Source: Pseudonocardiales bacterium (GTDB taxonomy: Bacteria > Actinomycetota > Actinomycetes > Mycobacteriales > Pseudonocardiaceae). From it: a DNA stretch of 64,000 nt. Under the pieces are notes generated by a model. The model had not been told where the DNA came from. It was given only the letters and a program-made list of their open reading frames with translations, and did not search any database. The DNA lies in assembly GCA_003244245.1 (NCBI GenBank), contig QHBY01000446.1, positions 4,946 through 68,945 on the forward strand, in the 5' to 3' direction. Position 1 is the first letter of the stretch; each line of letters begins with the position of its first letter. This document shows positions 1 through 10,863 of this stretch, in pieces. The translations under genes were made by a program, and so were the position numbers.

Positions 1-1
1 C

Positions 2-1594
2 GGCCGCCTCGTGCTGCGGACCAGCTCGCAGGTGCCGTTCCTGGTGCGCGACGAGCTGTGCCGGCTGTTCGGCCTGGGCGCAGAGCAGGTGCGGGTGCTC
101 ACCGCGCGGGTCGGCGGCGGGTTCGGCGGCAAGCAGGAGCTGCTCACCGAGGACCTGGTGGCGCTGGCCGTGCTGCGCACCAGCAGGCCCGTGCAGTACG
201 AGTTCACCCGCACCGACGAGCTGACGGTGGCGCCGTGCCGGCACCCGATGTCGGTCACGGTCCGAGTGGGCACGGACTCCGACGGGGTCCTGACAGCGCT
301 CGCGATCGACGTGCTGGCCGACGCCGGGGCCTACGGCAACCACAGCCCCGGGGTGCTCTTCCACGGTTGCCACGAGTCGATGGGCGTGTACCGGTGTCCT
401 CACAAGCGGGTTGACGCGCGCTCGGTGTACACCAACAACCTGCCCTCCGGGGCGTTTCGTGGATACGGGCTCGGGCAGGTGGTGTTCGGTATCGAGTGCG
501 CGCTGGACGAGCTGGCCCGCAAGCTGCGGCTGGATCCCTTCGAGCTTCGCCGGCGCAACGTCGTGGTACCGGGTGACCAGGTGATAGCCAGCTCGGCGCA
601 CCGCGACGACCTGATGTTCGGCAGCTACGGCCTGGACCAGTGCCTCGATCTCGCCCAGGCCGCGCTGCGCCGGGGCAATGGGGTGGATGCCCCCCCGGGG
701 TGGCTGGTCGGCGAGGGCATGGCGCTCGCCATGATCGCGACGATCCCGCCGCGCGGCCACGTGGCCGAGGCCTCGGTGTCGCTGGGTCCCGCCGGTGGCT
801 ACACCCTGCGGGTCGGCACGAGCGAGTTCGGCAACGGGACCACAACCGTCCACACCCAGATCGCCGCGACCGTGCTGGGTGTTGAGCCGGAGCGGATCGC
901 GATGCACCAGTCCGATACCGACGCGGTCGGCTTCGACACCGGGGCCTTCGGCTCCGCGGGCAGCGTCGTGGCCGGACGCGCTGTGCACGCGGCCGCGACC
1001 GAGCTGCGCCGCCAGATCCTGCACCGCGCCGCCGCGCTGACCGGGGTCACCGGCCGGCTGGGTCCGGTGGGAGTGCAGTGCGGGCAGCGGCTCGTCGAGC
1101 TGGCCGAGCTAGCCCCGCTCACCGCGCACGCCCGCCACGACGGCACCCCGCGCTCGGTGGCGTTCAACGTCCATGCCGTCCGGGTTGCGGTGCACCGCCA
1201 GACCGGTGAGGTGCGGATCCTGCAATCGGTGCACGCGGCGGACGCCGGGACCGTGCTCAACCCGGAGCAGTGCCGCGGGCAGGTCGAGGGCGGGGTGGCC
1301 CAGGGGATCGGCACCGCACTGTATGAGGACCTGACGTTGGACGGGCAAGGTCGGGTGCTCACCTGCGTGCTGCGCAACTATCACGTCCCGCAGCTGGCCG
1401 ATGTGCCGCGCACCGAGGTTTACTTCGCGCAGACCGTCGACGAGCTGGGGCCCTTCGGCGCGAAGTCGATGAGCGAGTCGCCGTACAACCCGGTGGCACC
1501 GGCGCTGGCCAACGCGATCCGGGACGCGATCGGGGTGCGCCCGTATGAGCTGCCGATGTCGGCAGACCGCCTCTGGCGGCTGCTCACGGGTTAG
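2..1594 (+). CDS. xanthine dehydrogenase/aldehyde oxidase family molybdopterin-binding subunit, C-terminal part (5' end outside window)
   Basis: ORF 11..1594 stays open to the window edge. Carries the GGGFGGKQE signature and a typical Mo-subunit C-terminal domain (..FGAKSMSESPYNPVAPALANA..). Confidence 0.8.
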   Translation, partial: GRLVLRTSSQVPFLVRDELCRLFGLGAEQVRVLTARVGGGFGGKQELLTEDLVALAVLRTSRPVQYEFTRTDELTVAPCRHPMSVTVRVGTDSDGVLTALAIDVLADAGAYGNHSPGVLFHGCHESMGVYRCPHKRVDARSVYTNNLPSGAFRGYGLGQVVFGIECALDELARKLRLDPFELRRRNVVVPGDQVIASSAHRDDLMFGSYGLDQCLDLAQAALRRGNGVDAPPGWLVGEGMALAMIATIPPRGHVAEASVSLGPAGGYTLRVGTSEFGNGTTTVHTQIAATVLGVEPERIAMHQSDTDAVGFDTGAFGSAGSVVAGRAVHAAATELRRQILHRAAALTGVTGRLGPVGVQCGQRLVELAELAPLTAHARHDGTPRSVAFNVHAVRVAVHRQTGEVRILQSVHAADAGTVLNPEQCRGQVEGGVAQGIGTALYEDLTLDGQGRVLTCVLRNYHVPQLADVPRTEVYFAQTVDELGPFGAKSMSESPYNPVAPALANAIRDAIGVRPYELPMSADRLWRLLTG

Positions 1595-1672
1595 GTGCGA
1601 TGCTCAGCCATCGAGACCTGACGACGGCGCTTTTCGGAAGTCCTAGGCCGTCGCCTGTGCCACCATCAGACG

Positions 1673-2232
1673 GTGACCACCGGGCCGACCGACGAGGCCG
1701 ATGATGCTCGGCGCGGCCGTGCTGCGGGCGGGGCATTGCCGGCGGCCGAAGGTGCGGCGGGGGTGTCCGGTGAGGTTGTTGAGGACCTGGCCAGGGGACT
1801 GCATCTCGAGTTCGACTATCTCGGGTCGATGAAGGCATACGAGCGCGCGTACTCGGCGTACCGCCGGGAGGGCAACCTCCTGGCCGCCGCCCGGGCGGCC
1901 CGGACGTTGGGGTGGTTCCACGGTTCGGTGTACGGCGAGTGGGCCGTCTACCGCGGCTGGATCGGCCGCGCTGTGAGCCTGCTTGAGCAGGCCGGTGCAA
2001 GCTCGAACGAGCACGGCTGGGTCCTGCTCGCACAGGCGCAGGCCGGGAGCGGCCTCGACGACCAGAAGCGGCTTACCTGCGGACGATCGAGGCCGCGCGC
2101 CGGTGTGGCGATGCGGACCTCGAGTGCGATGCGCTCGCCTCCATGGGGATCATGCTCGCCTTCTGCGGCTACGTCAGCGAGGGAATGGCCCGTCTCGACG
2201 AGGCGTTGGCGGTGATCTCTCCACAGCGCTAA
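1673..2232 (+). pseudogene. fragment of a large LuxR/MalT-type regulator (TPR-like middle region only), frameshifted
   Basis: ORF 1673..2215 reads ..EFDYLGSMKAYERAYSAYRREGNLLAAARAARTLGWFHG... After ..DDQKR the protein-like sequence continues in another frame (AAYLRTIEAARRCGDADLECDALASMGIMLAFCGYVSEGMARLDEALAV, TAA 2230..2232). No ATPase or HTH part is present. Confidence 0.45.
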
Positions 2233-2642
2233 CGACAGCGCACCTGACCAGCACATACGCACTTCGCGTCCCGGTCACAATGCATCGGCGTAGCGAGTGG
2301 CGGCGGTCGGCCAGTTTGACCGCAGGTCCCTGCGTGACCCTGCGCTGACACCGGAAGCCGATCATCACACGCCTCGTCGGGAGGGGCGAAGCCCGGCTAG
2401 GATCCGTTTGCGGTGTGCACGTGATCTTGCTCCTCAGGAGGCGCCAGCACCGTAGCGGTTCGCCTTGCGAGACGTCTGCTCGCGCCGATGTGCTAAGCCT
2501 GGATTCGTGGACGAGGTTCAGTGTTGATCTCCTGAGTGGGTCGTCGGACTGTTGATCAACTGACCCGGCTGAGGGCATGGTTGATCTGCTGGTCTGCCCA
2601 GCTTCTCCGGTCTTGATCGGGCTGTGGGGCGTGTCGGACAGG

Positions 2643-2883
2643 TTAAGTGGCGGCCGGTGGGGCATGTGTGGCGCGGAAGATGTTGTTCCACAGGTTCAGT
2701 CTTGGTTGGGCGTGGGGCCAGCGCGTGGGCAAACCGCAGCACGGGTCGTCGTTGGGGTCTGACCAGTCGTGCGGGCACGTTGATCAGTTGTCGGCGCAGG
2801 GTCGCGCCTCGGGCGAGCGCGCCAACCCGAGGCGACACACGGGCCCTCGGCCTGCCACCAACCCGAACAACACCCCGAAACAA
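2643..2883 (-). mobile_element. C-terminal remnant of a DDE transposase gene (IS1380/IS4-like tail), frameshifted
   Basis: The minus strand reads ..GATLRRQLINVPARLVRPQRRPVLRFAH, then one frame over WPHAQPRLNLWNNIFRATHAPPAAT-stop (TAA 2643..2645). This resembles the ..TLRxRLxxxxARLxRxxRRxxLRL..WPW.. tails of IS transposases. No catalytic part is left. Confidence 0.35.
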
Positions 2884-3382
2884 TCAACAACCCGATGCGG
2901 AGATCAACTTATCCGGGTATTGAGCGTCATCTCGCGCACCCGCGGGTGGAAGGCGTAGTGGTCGTGCCGGCCGCTGCTGTAAGCCGTCGCTGCACCCTGC
3001 CGCAGTGTTCCGGTGGGCGCGGTGGCCGCTGCCAGGCACGGCAGTAGCGGATCGGGGACCGCGCACGGGGTGTCCATGAGGTTGCTGCCGTGCAGGGTCG
3101 CGATCCTGGTACCCAGTGTCAGCGGCATCATCACCGTCGTGAGATCGGGCTAGCTAGCCCACCAGCCACGTCGGCTCCCGCCCTGATCGCCTCGAAATCG
3201 AGCAGTGGCAGCAAGTCGATGGCTAACTCCCCACCCCAGGGTGGCACCACGGCGCGGATCGCAGGGTCGATTTAGCCCAAGTCGCGCACGCTTCTGGAGG
3301 CGGCTTGGTATACCGAACCTGCCAGTAGCCGAGGCCGCCCGAGGCCTCGTGCCCGATCTTCAAGGACCTGAATGCGGTGCTG

Positions 3383-3805
3383 CTATTGGACGGCGTGCGC
3401 ATCGAGCCAGATCGCTCTTCTGCGGTCCGACGCTTGAGCGAGCCACGCATCCTGAACTACTTCAGCCAACTCCTGCTGGGTGAGCTCGCCGATCCGGCTC
3501 GCCCGCAGCAGTACCGATCGGTGGCCGTCGAAGTGGGAGGTCGTGAAGAACGGCGACCCAGGATCTTGGACCATCGCTTGCTTGTCAGACTCCGAAGCTA
3601 CCCAAAACACGATGACGTCCGTGTAGCGTTCTCCAGTCTCGGGGTCGGTGGCGTCCGGCCGCGGGTTGCGGAAGAAGACGAACGATTTCCCGCCAACCTG
3701 GTAAACAGGGTTGCCGGGAGCTCCCCGTTCAACCGTCACGTGAGGCATGCCCAGTGCCAGTTCGTGCACGTCCTGGACCCGCGCGCGGGCCGGCTTCGTC
3801 GACAT
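3383..3805 (-). CDS. MmcQ/YjbR family DNA-binding protein
   Basis: 140-aa ORF with the family pattern ..VHELALGMPHVTVE..VYQVGGKSFVFF..SHFDGHRSVLLRASRIGELTQQELAEVVQDAW. Confidence 0.6.
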   Translation of the reverse strand: MSTKPARARVQDVHELALGMPHVTVERGAPGNPVYQVGGKSFVFFRNPRPDATDPETGERYTDVIVFWVASESDKQAMVQDPGSPFFTTSHFDGHRSVLLRASRIGELTQQELAEVVQDAWLAQASDRRRAIWLDAHAVQ

Positions 3806-3841
3806 GCAGGCAGCGTAGGCGACCCAAGAGGACGCGCCAGA

Positions 3842-3964
3842 TCACAGTAGGTTGGATCGGGGCGGCCCGCGGAACTCGCCGGCCAGCGTGAGATGCTCCT
3901 GCCGAAAAGGCGTAAGACGTTCAACGATATCGTTCACGTAGTCGTAGAACAGCAACGAATGCAT
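3842..3964 (-). pseudogene. truncated YciI-like family gene (N-terminal ~40 codons only)
   Basis: ATG at 3964 gives MHSLLFYDYVNDIVERLTPFRQEHLTLAGEF.., the usual N-terminus of YciI-like proteins. It stops after 40 codons and the rest is missing. Confidence 0.3.
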
Positions 3965-3976
3965 TCAACAATTCTT

Positions 3977-5170
3977 TCACTGCCAGCCAACTCGTCCTGG
4001 TCCGCGTGGCGCGAATGCGGCCAGTACTTCGCTTTCCCAGTCCAGTGGCCGGTCTCGGGCCCGCAGCGCTGCGGCCACCAGCGCAGCGCCCAGGCCAGCA
4101 TCGGTGAGGACCTGCCTCAGGTGATTCGGAGGTAGCGTATCCAGCCAGCGCCGCAACGCGGCGTCGTGTCCCGCGACGGTGAGCTCGCCGTGTGCCCGGA
4201 GGCGGGCAAACCCGCCGTCGGGGTGGATGTCCACCCGCAGGTGAGTCACCTCCGGGGCGGCCGGATCGACCCGGAACCGGTGCGGGGTGTCGGGCAGCAC
4301 GGGCCGGCGCGGCACCAGTGGCGTCCAGGATCGGCTGGCGAGCGCGGCGGGATCCTCGACGGCCGGGTCGAGTGAAGTGCCGCTGAGCTGCACCTCGACC
4401 GGCGCGTTGCCGAGGAAGTGACTGGTGTCAACAACGATGTCGCGCAGCTGGGCCGCACCGGCCAGCCGGGTCACCACCCAGTCGTTGCCGTTGTCGCGAC
4501 GCCGCGCGGTCTCCCAGCCTTCGCCCATCGAACGGGCCGGGCCGGGCAGCAGCAGATTCGCCGGCGAGGAGAAGAACATGTTCGAGCAATCGACCACCAG
4601 GCCGCCGTGCTCCAGCGCGGCGAGGTCGGCAGTGCCTTGCAACAGCCGGGGGTCGACGACGGCCTGGCCGTGCACCCGGAACCGCGCGACCCCACCATCG
4701 GGGTGGATCACCAGTTTCACGTGCGTCCAACGGCGCGGGTCAACGACGTCGAAGGTGTTCGCGGTGTCGCCCTTGGCCGCCGAGCGCGGCACCAGCGTGG
4801 TCCACTCGGCGGCGGCCAGCTCGGCCAAGCCGGGGAAGTCCTCGAGTGCGGTCGCCTGGACAGAGATCTCCGGCGGGTAGTTGCCACGGAAGAAGGTGGT
4901 GTCTATCACGACACCGCGCACGATGCCGGGGATGCCGAGCCGGATGATGGCGTAGTCGGACCCGTGCTCTCGGCGCCGGCGGGTCTCCCACCCGTCGTAG
5001 ATCTTCCCCCGGTAGCCGAACTCCGCGCTGGCCCGCACCGGACCGGGCATGACCAGCGCTGCCCGGTCGGCATAGAAATCGTCATTGGCGTCGACCACCG
5101 CCCCACCCAGCTGCCGGGAGGCCAGGTCCGGTAGCTGGACAAAGGTGGCGTCGAGATCTGGACCGGTCAT
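3977..5170 (-). CDS. alc: allantoicase
   Basis: Two allantoicase repeats (..[22 protein letters not shown].. and ..[21 protein letters not shown]..). Its ATG overlaps the allantoinase stop (ATGA at 5167..5170). Confidence 0.85.
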   Translation of the reverse strand: MTGPDLDATFVQLPDLASRQLGGAVVDANDDFYADRAALVMPGPVRASAEFGYRGKIYDGWETRRRREHGSDYAIIRLGIPGIVRGVVIDTTFFRGNYPPEISVQATALEDFPGLAELAAAEWTTLVPRSAAKGDTANTFDVVDPRRWTHVKLVIHPDGGVARFRVHGQAVVDPRLLQGTADLAALEHGGLVVDCSNMFFSSPANLLLPGPARSMGEGWETARRRDNGNDWVVTRLAGAAQLRDIVVDTSHFLGNAPVEVQLSGTSLDPAVEDPAALASRSWTPLVPRRPVLPDTPHRFRVDPAAPEVTHLRVDIHPDGGFARLRAHGELTVAGHDAALRRWLDTLPPNHLRQVLTDAGLGAALVAAALRARDRPLDWESEVLAAFAPRGPGRVGWQ

Positions 5171-6522
5171 GTCGATCCCCGCCTGAGCAATGCGCCGCGC
5201 GGGGGTTCATCGACCCCGACTCGGCGACCGCGCAGCCAGGTCTGGCGAACCGTTCCGGACAGCGCCCGCCCGTGGTAGGGGGTGAGCGGGTTGCGGTGAG
5301 CCAGCCGGTGGGCGTCCACGACGAACGCCTGGTCCGGGGCGAAGACGGACAGGTCGGCATCGAATCCCACAGTGATCCGGCCCTTGCGGGCCAGCCCGGC
5401 CAGCCGAGCTGGCCGGTCGGCCATCCAGCCCACCACATCAGCGAGGTCGTGCCCGCGCAGCCGTGCCCCCGACCACACCGCAGGCAGTCCGACCTGCAGC
5501 GACGCGATTCCGCCCCACGCCGCGCCGAAGTCGCCGGTGTCTCGGTGCTTGAGCTCCACCGGGCACGGGGAGTGATCCGACACCACGGCGTCGATCACCC
5601 CGTCTGCCAAGCCCGCCCACAGGAGCTCGCGGTTGGCTGCCTCCCGGATCGGCGGGCAGCATTTGAACTCGGTGGCGCCGTCGGGCACCTCCTCAGCGGT
5701 GAAGGTCAGGTAGTGCGGGCAGGTCTCCACGGTCAGCCGCACCCCCTCGCGGTGTGCCGAGGCGATCATCGGTAGGGCGTCGGAGCTCGATAGGTGCACC
5801 ACGTGCACGTGTGCACCGGTCCACCGGGCCCGCTCCACGAGCCAGGCGATCGCCAGGTTCTCCGCTCCCCGAGGCCGTGAGGTGAGGAACCCGGCGTAGC
5901 TTTTCCCGCGCGGCGCGACGGCGCGGTCGATGCTGTGCGCGTCCTCCGCGTGCACCACCAGCCGGGTGCCCAACCCAGCCACCTCGACCAACACCTTCTC
6001 CAGCATGTCGAGCGGCAGCGGCGGAAACTCGTCCACCCCGGAATGCAGCAAGAAGCTCTTGAAACCGAACACACCCGCGGCGTGCAACGGGCGCAGCTGT
6101 GACAGGTTCCCCGGCACCGCACCGCCCCAGAACCCGACATCGACGTATATCTGCGCGCTCGCGGCCGACCTCTTCTGCTCCAGGGCGGCAACGTCGATGG
6201 TGGGTGGGACGGAGTTCAGCGGCATGTCGATCAGCGTGGTGACCCCGCCGAGCGCCGCCGCGCGGGTGGCCGAGGCGAAGCCCTCCCACTCGGTGCGTCC
6301 TGGCTCGTTGATGTGCACATGGGTGTCCACCAGCCCGGGCAGCAGGACCTCGTCGTCGGCCAGGTCGACGAACCGGTCGGCCGAGACGGCACCGGCGAGC
6401 GGCGAGTCGTACGGTTCGACCGCCACGATCCGTCCGTTGCCCACCCCGACGCACCGGTCCACCTCGCCGTATGCGGTGATGACCCGGCGGGCACGCAGCA
6501 CGAGGTCGAGCGGTTCGGACAT
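5167..6522 (-). CDS. allB: allantoinase (cyclic amidohydrolase)
   Basis: Start chosen at ATG 6522 ([14 protein letters not shown]..), preceded by GGAGG. Contains [23 protein letters not shown]. The ORF-track extension up to 6879 is Arg/Ser-rich and not protein-like. Confidence 0.85.
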   Translation of the reverse strand: MSEPLDLVLRARRVITAYGEVDRCVGVGNGRIVAVEPYDSPLAGAVSADRFVDLADDEVLLPGLVDTHVHINEPGRTEWEGFASATRAAALGGVTTLIDMPLNSVPPTIDVAALEQKRSAASAQIYVDVGFWGGAVPGNLSQLRPLHAAGVFGFKSFLLHSGVDEFPPLPLDMLEKVLVEVAGLGTRLVVHAEDAHSIDRAVAPRGKSYAGFLTSRPRGAENLAIAWLVERARWTGAHVHVVHLSSSDALPMIASAHREGVRLTVETCPHYLTFTAEEVPDGATEFKCCPPIREAANRELLWAGLADGVIDAVVSDHSPCPVELKHRDTGDFGAAWGGIASLQVGLPAVWSGARLRGHDLADVVGWMADRPARLAGLARKGRITVGFDADLSVFAPDQAFVVDAHRLAHRNPLTPYHGRALSGTVRQTWLRGRRVGVDEPPRGALLRRGST

Positions 6523-6601
6523 GGGACCTCCGGTCGTCCCCAGCAGGTTAACTACGAACCCGAGAGTCGGCTGCGACCGCACTCGGCGGCATGATCTTTG
6601 T

Positions 6602-7819
6602 GTGACTCTCGACCCTCGGGTAGCCGATCGTCTCGACACCCTGCTTGCCGCCGACGACGTGACCCGGCCCGGTGTGGCGGTGGCGCGCCAGCCGGTGCAC
6701 ACCGTGTACGTGCCGGCAGACCGGTTCACTGCGGCCACCGTCGGTGAATGGGGCGCGTCGGCCCTCGCCGCGCTGGATGCGCACGGGCCGCTGCCGACCG
6801 CCGGCGGTGAAGCTGATGACGTGGTTGACGCCCTGGTACGGGCCAAGCTGGCGACCGAGCCGATCGAGGACCTGCGCATCGATTTCGAGGACGGCTACGG
6901 TAGCCCCGGCGACGGTACCGAAGATACCGACGCGCGGGCCGCGGCCACTGCGCTGGCCCGTGCCGTCGCCGACGGTTCCGCGCCCCGGCACACCGGCATC
7001 CGGATGAAGTCGCTGGAGAGCCCCGACCGGCGGCGCGGTATCCGCACCCTGGACCTGTTTCTGGAGACCGTGCTCGCCGCCGGGCCGCTGCCTGGCGGGT
7101 TTCGGGTCACCTTGCCGAAGGTCACCACGGTCCGGCAGGTCGAGGCGATGGTTGAGTTGTGCGCCGCGCTGGATGACGAGTACGGGCTGCCCACGCTGAA
7201 CTTCGAACTTCAGGTAGAGACACCGCAGGCGATCCTCGGACCGGACGGGACGGTGCCGCTTGCCCGAATGATCCACTGCTGCGCCGGGCGCTGTGCCGGG
7301 CTGCATTTCGGTACCTACGACTACAGCGCCTCGGTCGGGATCGCAGCGGCCCACCAGAGTCTGGAGCACCCGGCGGCGGACTACGCCAAGGCCGTCATGC
7401 AGGTGGCGGCGGCGGGTACCGGGACACCGGTGTGCGATGGATCGACCAACATTCTGCCGGTCGGTGACGGGCAGCAGGTGCGCGCGGCGTGGGCGTTGCA
7501 TGCCCGGTTGGTCCGCCGGTCCCTGGAGCGCGGCTTCTACCAGGGCTGGGACCTGCACCCGGCGCAGCTACCGACCAGGTTCGCCGCCACGTTTGGCTTC
7601 TACCGGTCCGGGCTTCCTGCCGCGGCCGGTCGGCTGCGGGCCTACCGCCAGCGGAGCTCCCTCGGGGTACTGGACGAGCCGGCCACGGCGAAGGCACTGG
7701 CCCGGTTCCTGCACCGGGCGGTGGACTGCGGTGCCGCTGAGCTGGGTGAGGTCAGCGCGCTGGCCGGCGTCACGCCCGCCGAACTTGGCGACCTCGCGGC
7801 CGGGGTTGGTAGCAGTTAA
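6602..7819 (+). CDS. HpcH/HpaI aldolase / citrate-lyase-beta-like family protein, function unknown
   Basis: Protein-like sequence begins at GTG 6602 ([15 protein letters not shown]..) and has an ..[13 protein letters not shown].. motif. The upstream part of ORF 5930..7819 is antisense to allB. Divergent from allB-alc. Confidence 0.5.
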   Translation: MTLDPRVADRLDTLLAADDVTRPGVAVARQPVHTVYVPADRFTAATVGEWGASALAALDAHGPLPTAGGEADDVVDALVRAKLATEPIEDLRIDFEDGYGSPGDGTEDTDARAAATALARAVADGSAPRHTGIRMKSLESPDRRRGIRTLDLFLETVLAAGPLPGGFRVTLPKVTTVRQVEAMVELCAALDDEYGLPTLNFELQVETPQAILGPDGTVPLARMIHCCAGRCAGLHFGTYDYSASVGIAAAHQSLEHPAADYAKAVMQVAAAGTGTPVCDGSTNILPVGDGQQVRAAWALHARLVRRSLERGFYQGWDLHPAQLPTRFAATFGFYRSGLPAAAGRLRAYRQRSSLGVLDEPATAKALARFLHRAVDCGAAELGEVSALAGVTPAELGDLAAGVGSS

Positions 7820-7876
7820 GGGCGCGCGGTGCGGCGTTGGCGGTACTTGAAGAGCGACCAACCGTAGGGTGGCGCT

Positions 7877-8572
7877 GTGCCCAGAGCCGGGTTGGATAAG
7901 GACCCCCGTGATGTCGCAGCCATGTTCGACGGGGTGGCCCGCCGCTATGACCTGACCAACACGGTGCTGTCATTCGGTCAGGATCGGTGGTGGCGGCGAT
8001 GCACCCGGGTCGACGTCGCTGCCGGGCCGGGGGAGCGGGTGCTCGATCTTGCCGCAGGCACCGCGGTGTCCACTGTCGAGCTGGCCCGCGCCGGCGCGTG
8101 GTGCGTGGCCGCGGACTTCTCCCTGGGGATGCTGCGAGCTGGGCGGCACCGCAAGGTGCCGCTGGTCGGAGCCGACGCGCTGGCGCTCCCGTTCGGTGAC
8201 GGGGTATTCGACGCGGTCACGATCTCCTTCGGGTTGCGCAACGTGGCGGACCCCGACGCTGCGCTGGCCGAGCTGGCCCGGGTCACCCGGCCCGGCGGTC
8301 GGCTGGTGATCTGCGAGTTCTCCACTCCCATCTGGCGACCGTTTCGCACCGTGTACCTGGAGTACCTGATGCGCGCGCTGCCGGAGGTCGCCCGGCGGGT
8401 GAGCAGCAACCCGGAGGCCTACGTCTACCTCGCCGAGTCCATCCGGGCCTGGCCCGACCAACCTGCGCTAGCGCAGCGAGTGGCCGCCGCAGGCTGGACC
8501 GACGCCGACTGGCGCAACCTCACCGGCGGGATCGTCGCGCTGCACCGGGCCGTCAAGCCCGCACGCTGCTAG
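7877..8572 (+). CDS. menG: demethylmenaquinone methyltransferase (UbiE/MenG class SAM-MTase)
   Basis: ..[29 protein letters not shown].. followed by the SAM motif VLDLAAGTA and ..ISFGLRNV.. Confidence 0.8.
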   Translation: MPRAGLDKDPRDVAAMFDGVARRYDLTNTVLSFGQDRWWRRCTRVDVAAGPGERVLDLAAGTAVSTVELARAGAWCVAADFSLGMLRAGRHRKVPLVGADALALPFGDGVFDAVTISFGLRNVADPDAALAELARVTRPGGRLVICEFSTPIWRPFRTVYLEYLMRALPEVARRVSSNPEAYVYLAESIRAWPDQPALAQRVAAAGWTDADWRNLTGGIVALHRAVKPARC

Positions 8573-8665
8573 AACTCAGCGCGCTGGGACCCGGTGCCTC
8601 TCCCGCGGGGCGTTTCCACGCTGAGGGTCTGGGGATGGCGCCATGGGCCACGGGTACTCTTAACC

Positions 8666-9283
8666 GTGCATCAGCTCCGCCTGCCGATCCCGACCCGGGT
8701 CGTTGTGCTGGTGTCCGGTACCGGGACTCTGCTGCAGGCCCTGCTGGATGCCGCTGGCCCGGACTATCCCGCCCAGGTTGTCGCCGTCGGCGCGGACCGG
8801 ACCGGCACCGGAGCGCTCAAGCGCGCCGAGGAGCTGCGGACCTTCGTCGTCGACCTGGCCCAGCACCCCGACCGGGCTTGCTGGGATGTCGCGCTGACTG
8901 AGGAAGTCGCCTCTTACCAGCCGGATCTGATCGTCACAGCCGGGTTCATGAAAATCCTGGGTCCGCCGTTCCTGGACCGCTTCGGCGGTCGCATCCTGAA
9001 CAGTCATCCTGCTCTGCTGCCCGCATTTCCCGGCCGGCACCCGGTGGCCGCCGCGCTGGCGCACGGGGTGCGGGTGACCGGCGCGACCGTGCACCTGGTG
9101 GACGCCGGTGTGGATACCGGGCCGATCCTGGCCCAGCGCGCTGTCGAAGTGCGCCCTGATGACACCGAAGCGCGGCTACACGAGCGGATCAAGATTGTGG
9201 AGCGGCGGTTGCTGGTGGAGGTCATTGCCGAGCTGGCCCGCCGCGGGTGCACCGTCACCGGACGAAAGGTCTCACTACCGTGA
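8666..9283 (+). CDS. purN: phosphoribosylglycinamide formyltransferase
   Basis: ..[19 protein letters not shown].., [31 protein letters not shown]. Start uncertain (GTG 8666 preferred over 8594). Confidence 0.8.
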   Translation: MHQLRLPIPTRVVVLVSGTGTLLQALLDAAGPDYPAQVVAVGADRTGTGALKRAEELRTFVVDLAQHPDRACWDVALTEEVASYQPDLIVTAGFMKILGPPFLDRFGGRILNSHPALLPAFPGRHPVAAALAHGVRVTGATVHLVDAGVDTGPILAQRAVEVRPDDTEARLHERIKIVERRLLVEVIAELARRGCTVTGRKVSLP

Positions 9284-10839
9284 CTACCGAGGATCGCCGG
9301 CCGGTGCGCCGGGCACTGCTGAGTGTGTCGGACAAGAGCGGGCTGGTGGAGCTGGCCACCGGGCTGCATGCGGCCGGGGTCGAGCTCTTCTCCACCGGCT
9401 CGACGGCGATCGTGATCACCAACGCGGGCGTGCCGGTGACGACCATCGAGGAGCTCACCGGTTTCCCGGAATGCCTGGACGGGCGAGTCAAGACCCTGCA
9501 CCCTCGGGTGCACGCCGGGTTGCTCGCCGACACCCGCAAGCCTGAGCACGTGGCCCAGCTGACCGCCCTGGACGTCGCGCCTTTCGACCTGCTGGTCGCC
9601 AACCTGTACCCGTTCGAGGCCACCGTAGCCGCCGGGGCCGGCTTTGACGAATGCGTCGAGCAGATCGATATCGGTGGCCCGGCGATGGTGCGGGCGGCCG
9701 CGAAGAACCACCCCTCGGTGGCCGTTGTGGTGGACCCGGAGGCCTACCTGGACGTGCTCGACGCCGTCGGCGCCGGTGGGTTCACCCTGGCGCAGCGCCA
9801 GGCGCTGGCCGTCGCCGCGTTTCGACACACCGCGGACTACGACATCGCCGTGGCGTCCTGGATGGGTTCGTCGACACGCACGGACGACGGGTTTCCGTCC
9901 TGGGTGGGCGCCTCCTGGCGGCAGGCGACGGCTTTGCGCTACGGGGAGAACCCGCACCAGCAGGCCGCGCTGTACACCGCTGGCGCCAGCCGGGGGCTGG
10001 CCCGCGCGCAGCAGCTGCACGGCAAGGAGATGTCCTACAACAACTACGTCGACGCCGACGCCGCCTGCCGCGCCGCCTACGACCACGACGGCGCTTGTGT
10101 CGCGATCATCAAGCACGCCAACCCGTGCGGTATCGCGGTGTCGGCCGCGGAGGACGTCGCCGACGCGCACCGCAGGGCGCATGCCTGCGATCCGGTGAGC
10201 GCGTTCGGGGGAGTGATCGCGGTGAACCGCGAGGTCACCATCGAGCTGGCCGAGCAGGTCAGCGAGGTGTTCACCGAAGTGCTGTTGGCGCCGTCGTACG
10301 CCGAGGGAGCCGTGGACCTGCTGGCCCGCAAGAAGAACATTCGTCTGCTGGTCGCCGAGCCTCCGCAGCGTGGCGGTGTCGAGTTCCGGGCACTGTCCGG
10401 CGGCTTGCTGCTGCAGACCCGCGACGCGCTCGACGCTCCCGGTGACGATCCGGCGTCCTGGACGCTGGCCACTGGTGTGGCGGTAGCCGAGGCGACCTTG
10501 GCCGATCTGGCCTTCGCCTGGCGGACCTGCCGCGCGGTGCGCTCCAACGCGATCCTGCTCGCCGCGGATCAGGCCACCGTCGGCATCGGGATGGGCCAGG
10601 TGAACCGGGTGGACGCCGCCCGGCTCGCGGTCAGCCGAGCCGGCGGGCGCGCGAGCAGCTCGGTGGCCGCTTCCGATGCGTACTTCCCGTTCCCCGACGG
10701 ACTCGAGGTGCTGCTCGCAGCCGGGGTTCGCGCCGTGGTGCAGCCCGGCGGGTCGGTCCGCGACGCAGATTCGATCGCCGCCGCGGAGGCCGTCGGGGTG
10801 CCGCTCTACCTCACCGGAACCCGCCACTTCGCGCACTGA
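9280..10839 (+). CDS. purH: bifunctional AICAR formyltransferase / IMP cyclohydrolase
   Basis: [22 protein letters not shown].. aligns with the mycobacterial PurH N-terminus. GTG 9280 overlaps the purN stop (GTGA). Confidence 0.9.
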   Translation: MTTEDRRPVRRALLSVSDKSGLVELATGLHAAGVELFSTGSTAIVITNAGVPVTTIEELTGFPECLDGRVKTLHPRVHAGLLADTRKPEHVAQLTALDVAPFDLLVANLYPFEATVAAGAGFDECVEQIDIGGPAMVRAAAKNHPSVAVVVDPEAYLDVLDAVGAGGFTLAQRQALAVAAFRHTADYDIAVASWMGSSTRTDDGFPSWVGASWRQATALRYGENPHQQAALYTAGASRGLARAQQLHGKEMSYNNYVDADAACRAAYDHDGACVAIIKHANPCGIAVSAAEDVADAHRRAHACDPVSAFGGVIAVNREVTIELAEQVSEVFTEVLLAPSYAEGAVDLLARKKNIRLLVAEPPQRGGVEFRALSGGLLLQTRDALDAPGDDPASWTLATGVAVAEATLADLAFAWRTCRAVRSNAILLAADQATVGIGMGQVNRVDAARLAVSRAGGRASSSVAASDAYFPFPDGLEVLLAAGVRAVVQPGGSVRDADSIAAAEAVGVPLYLTGTRHFAH

Positions 10840-10863
10840 AGACGGCACGATTCGGCAGCACGT

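Noticed and set aside
5930-6601. Upstream 224 codons of ORF 5930..7819. Also the upstream 119 codons of ORF 5167..6879.
   Set aside because: Both extensions are antisense to the neighbouring real gene and are Ser/Arg/Thr-rich. RBS-supported internal starts fit the protein families.
8573-8665. Looked for a ZTP (pfl) riboswitch upstream of purN-purH, and also upstream of folD (23495..23518).
   Set aside because: I found neither the conserved ..ACUGGCG.. / ..CCGCCUGGGC.. elements nor enough space (the folD leader is only 24 nt).
9004-10848. 614-aa minus-strand ORF.
   Set aside because: It is antisense to purH, which is unambiguous. The translation is Arg/Gly/Pro-rich with no recognisable domain.
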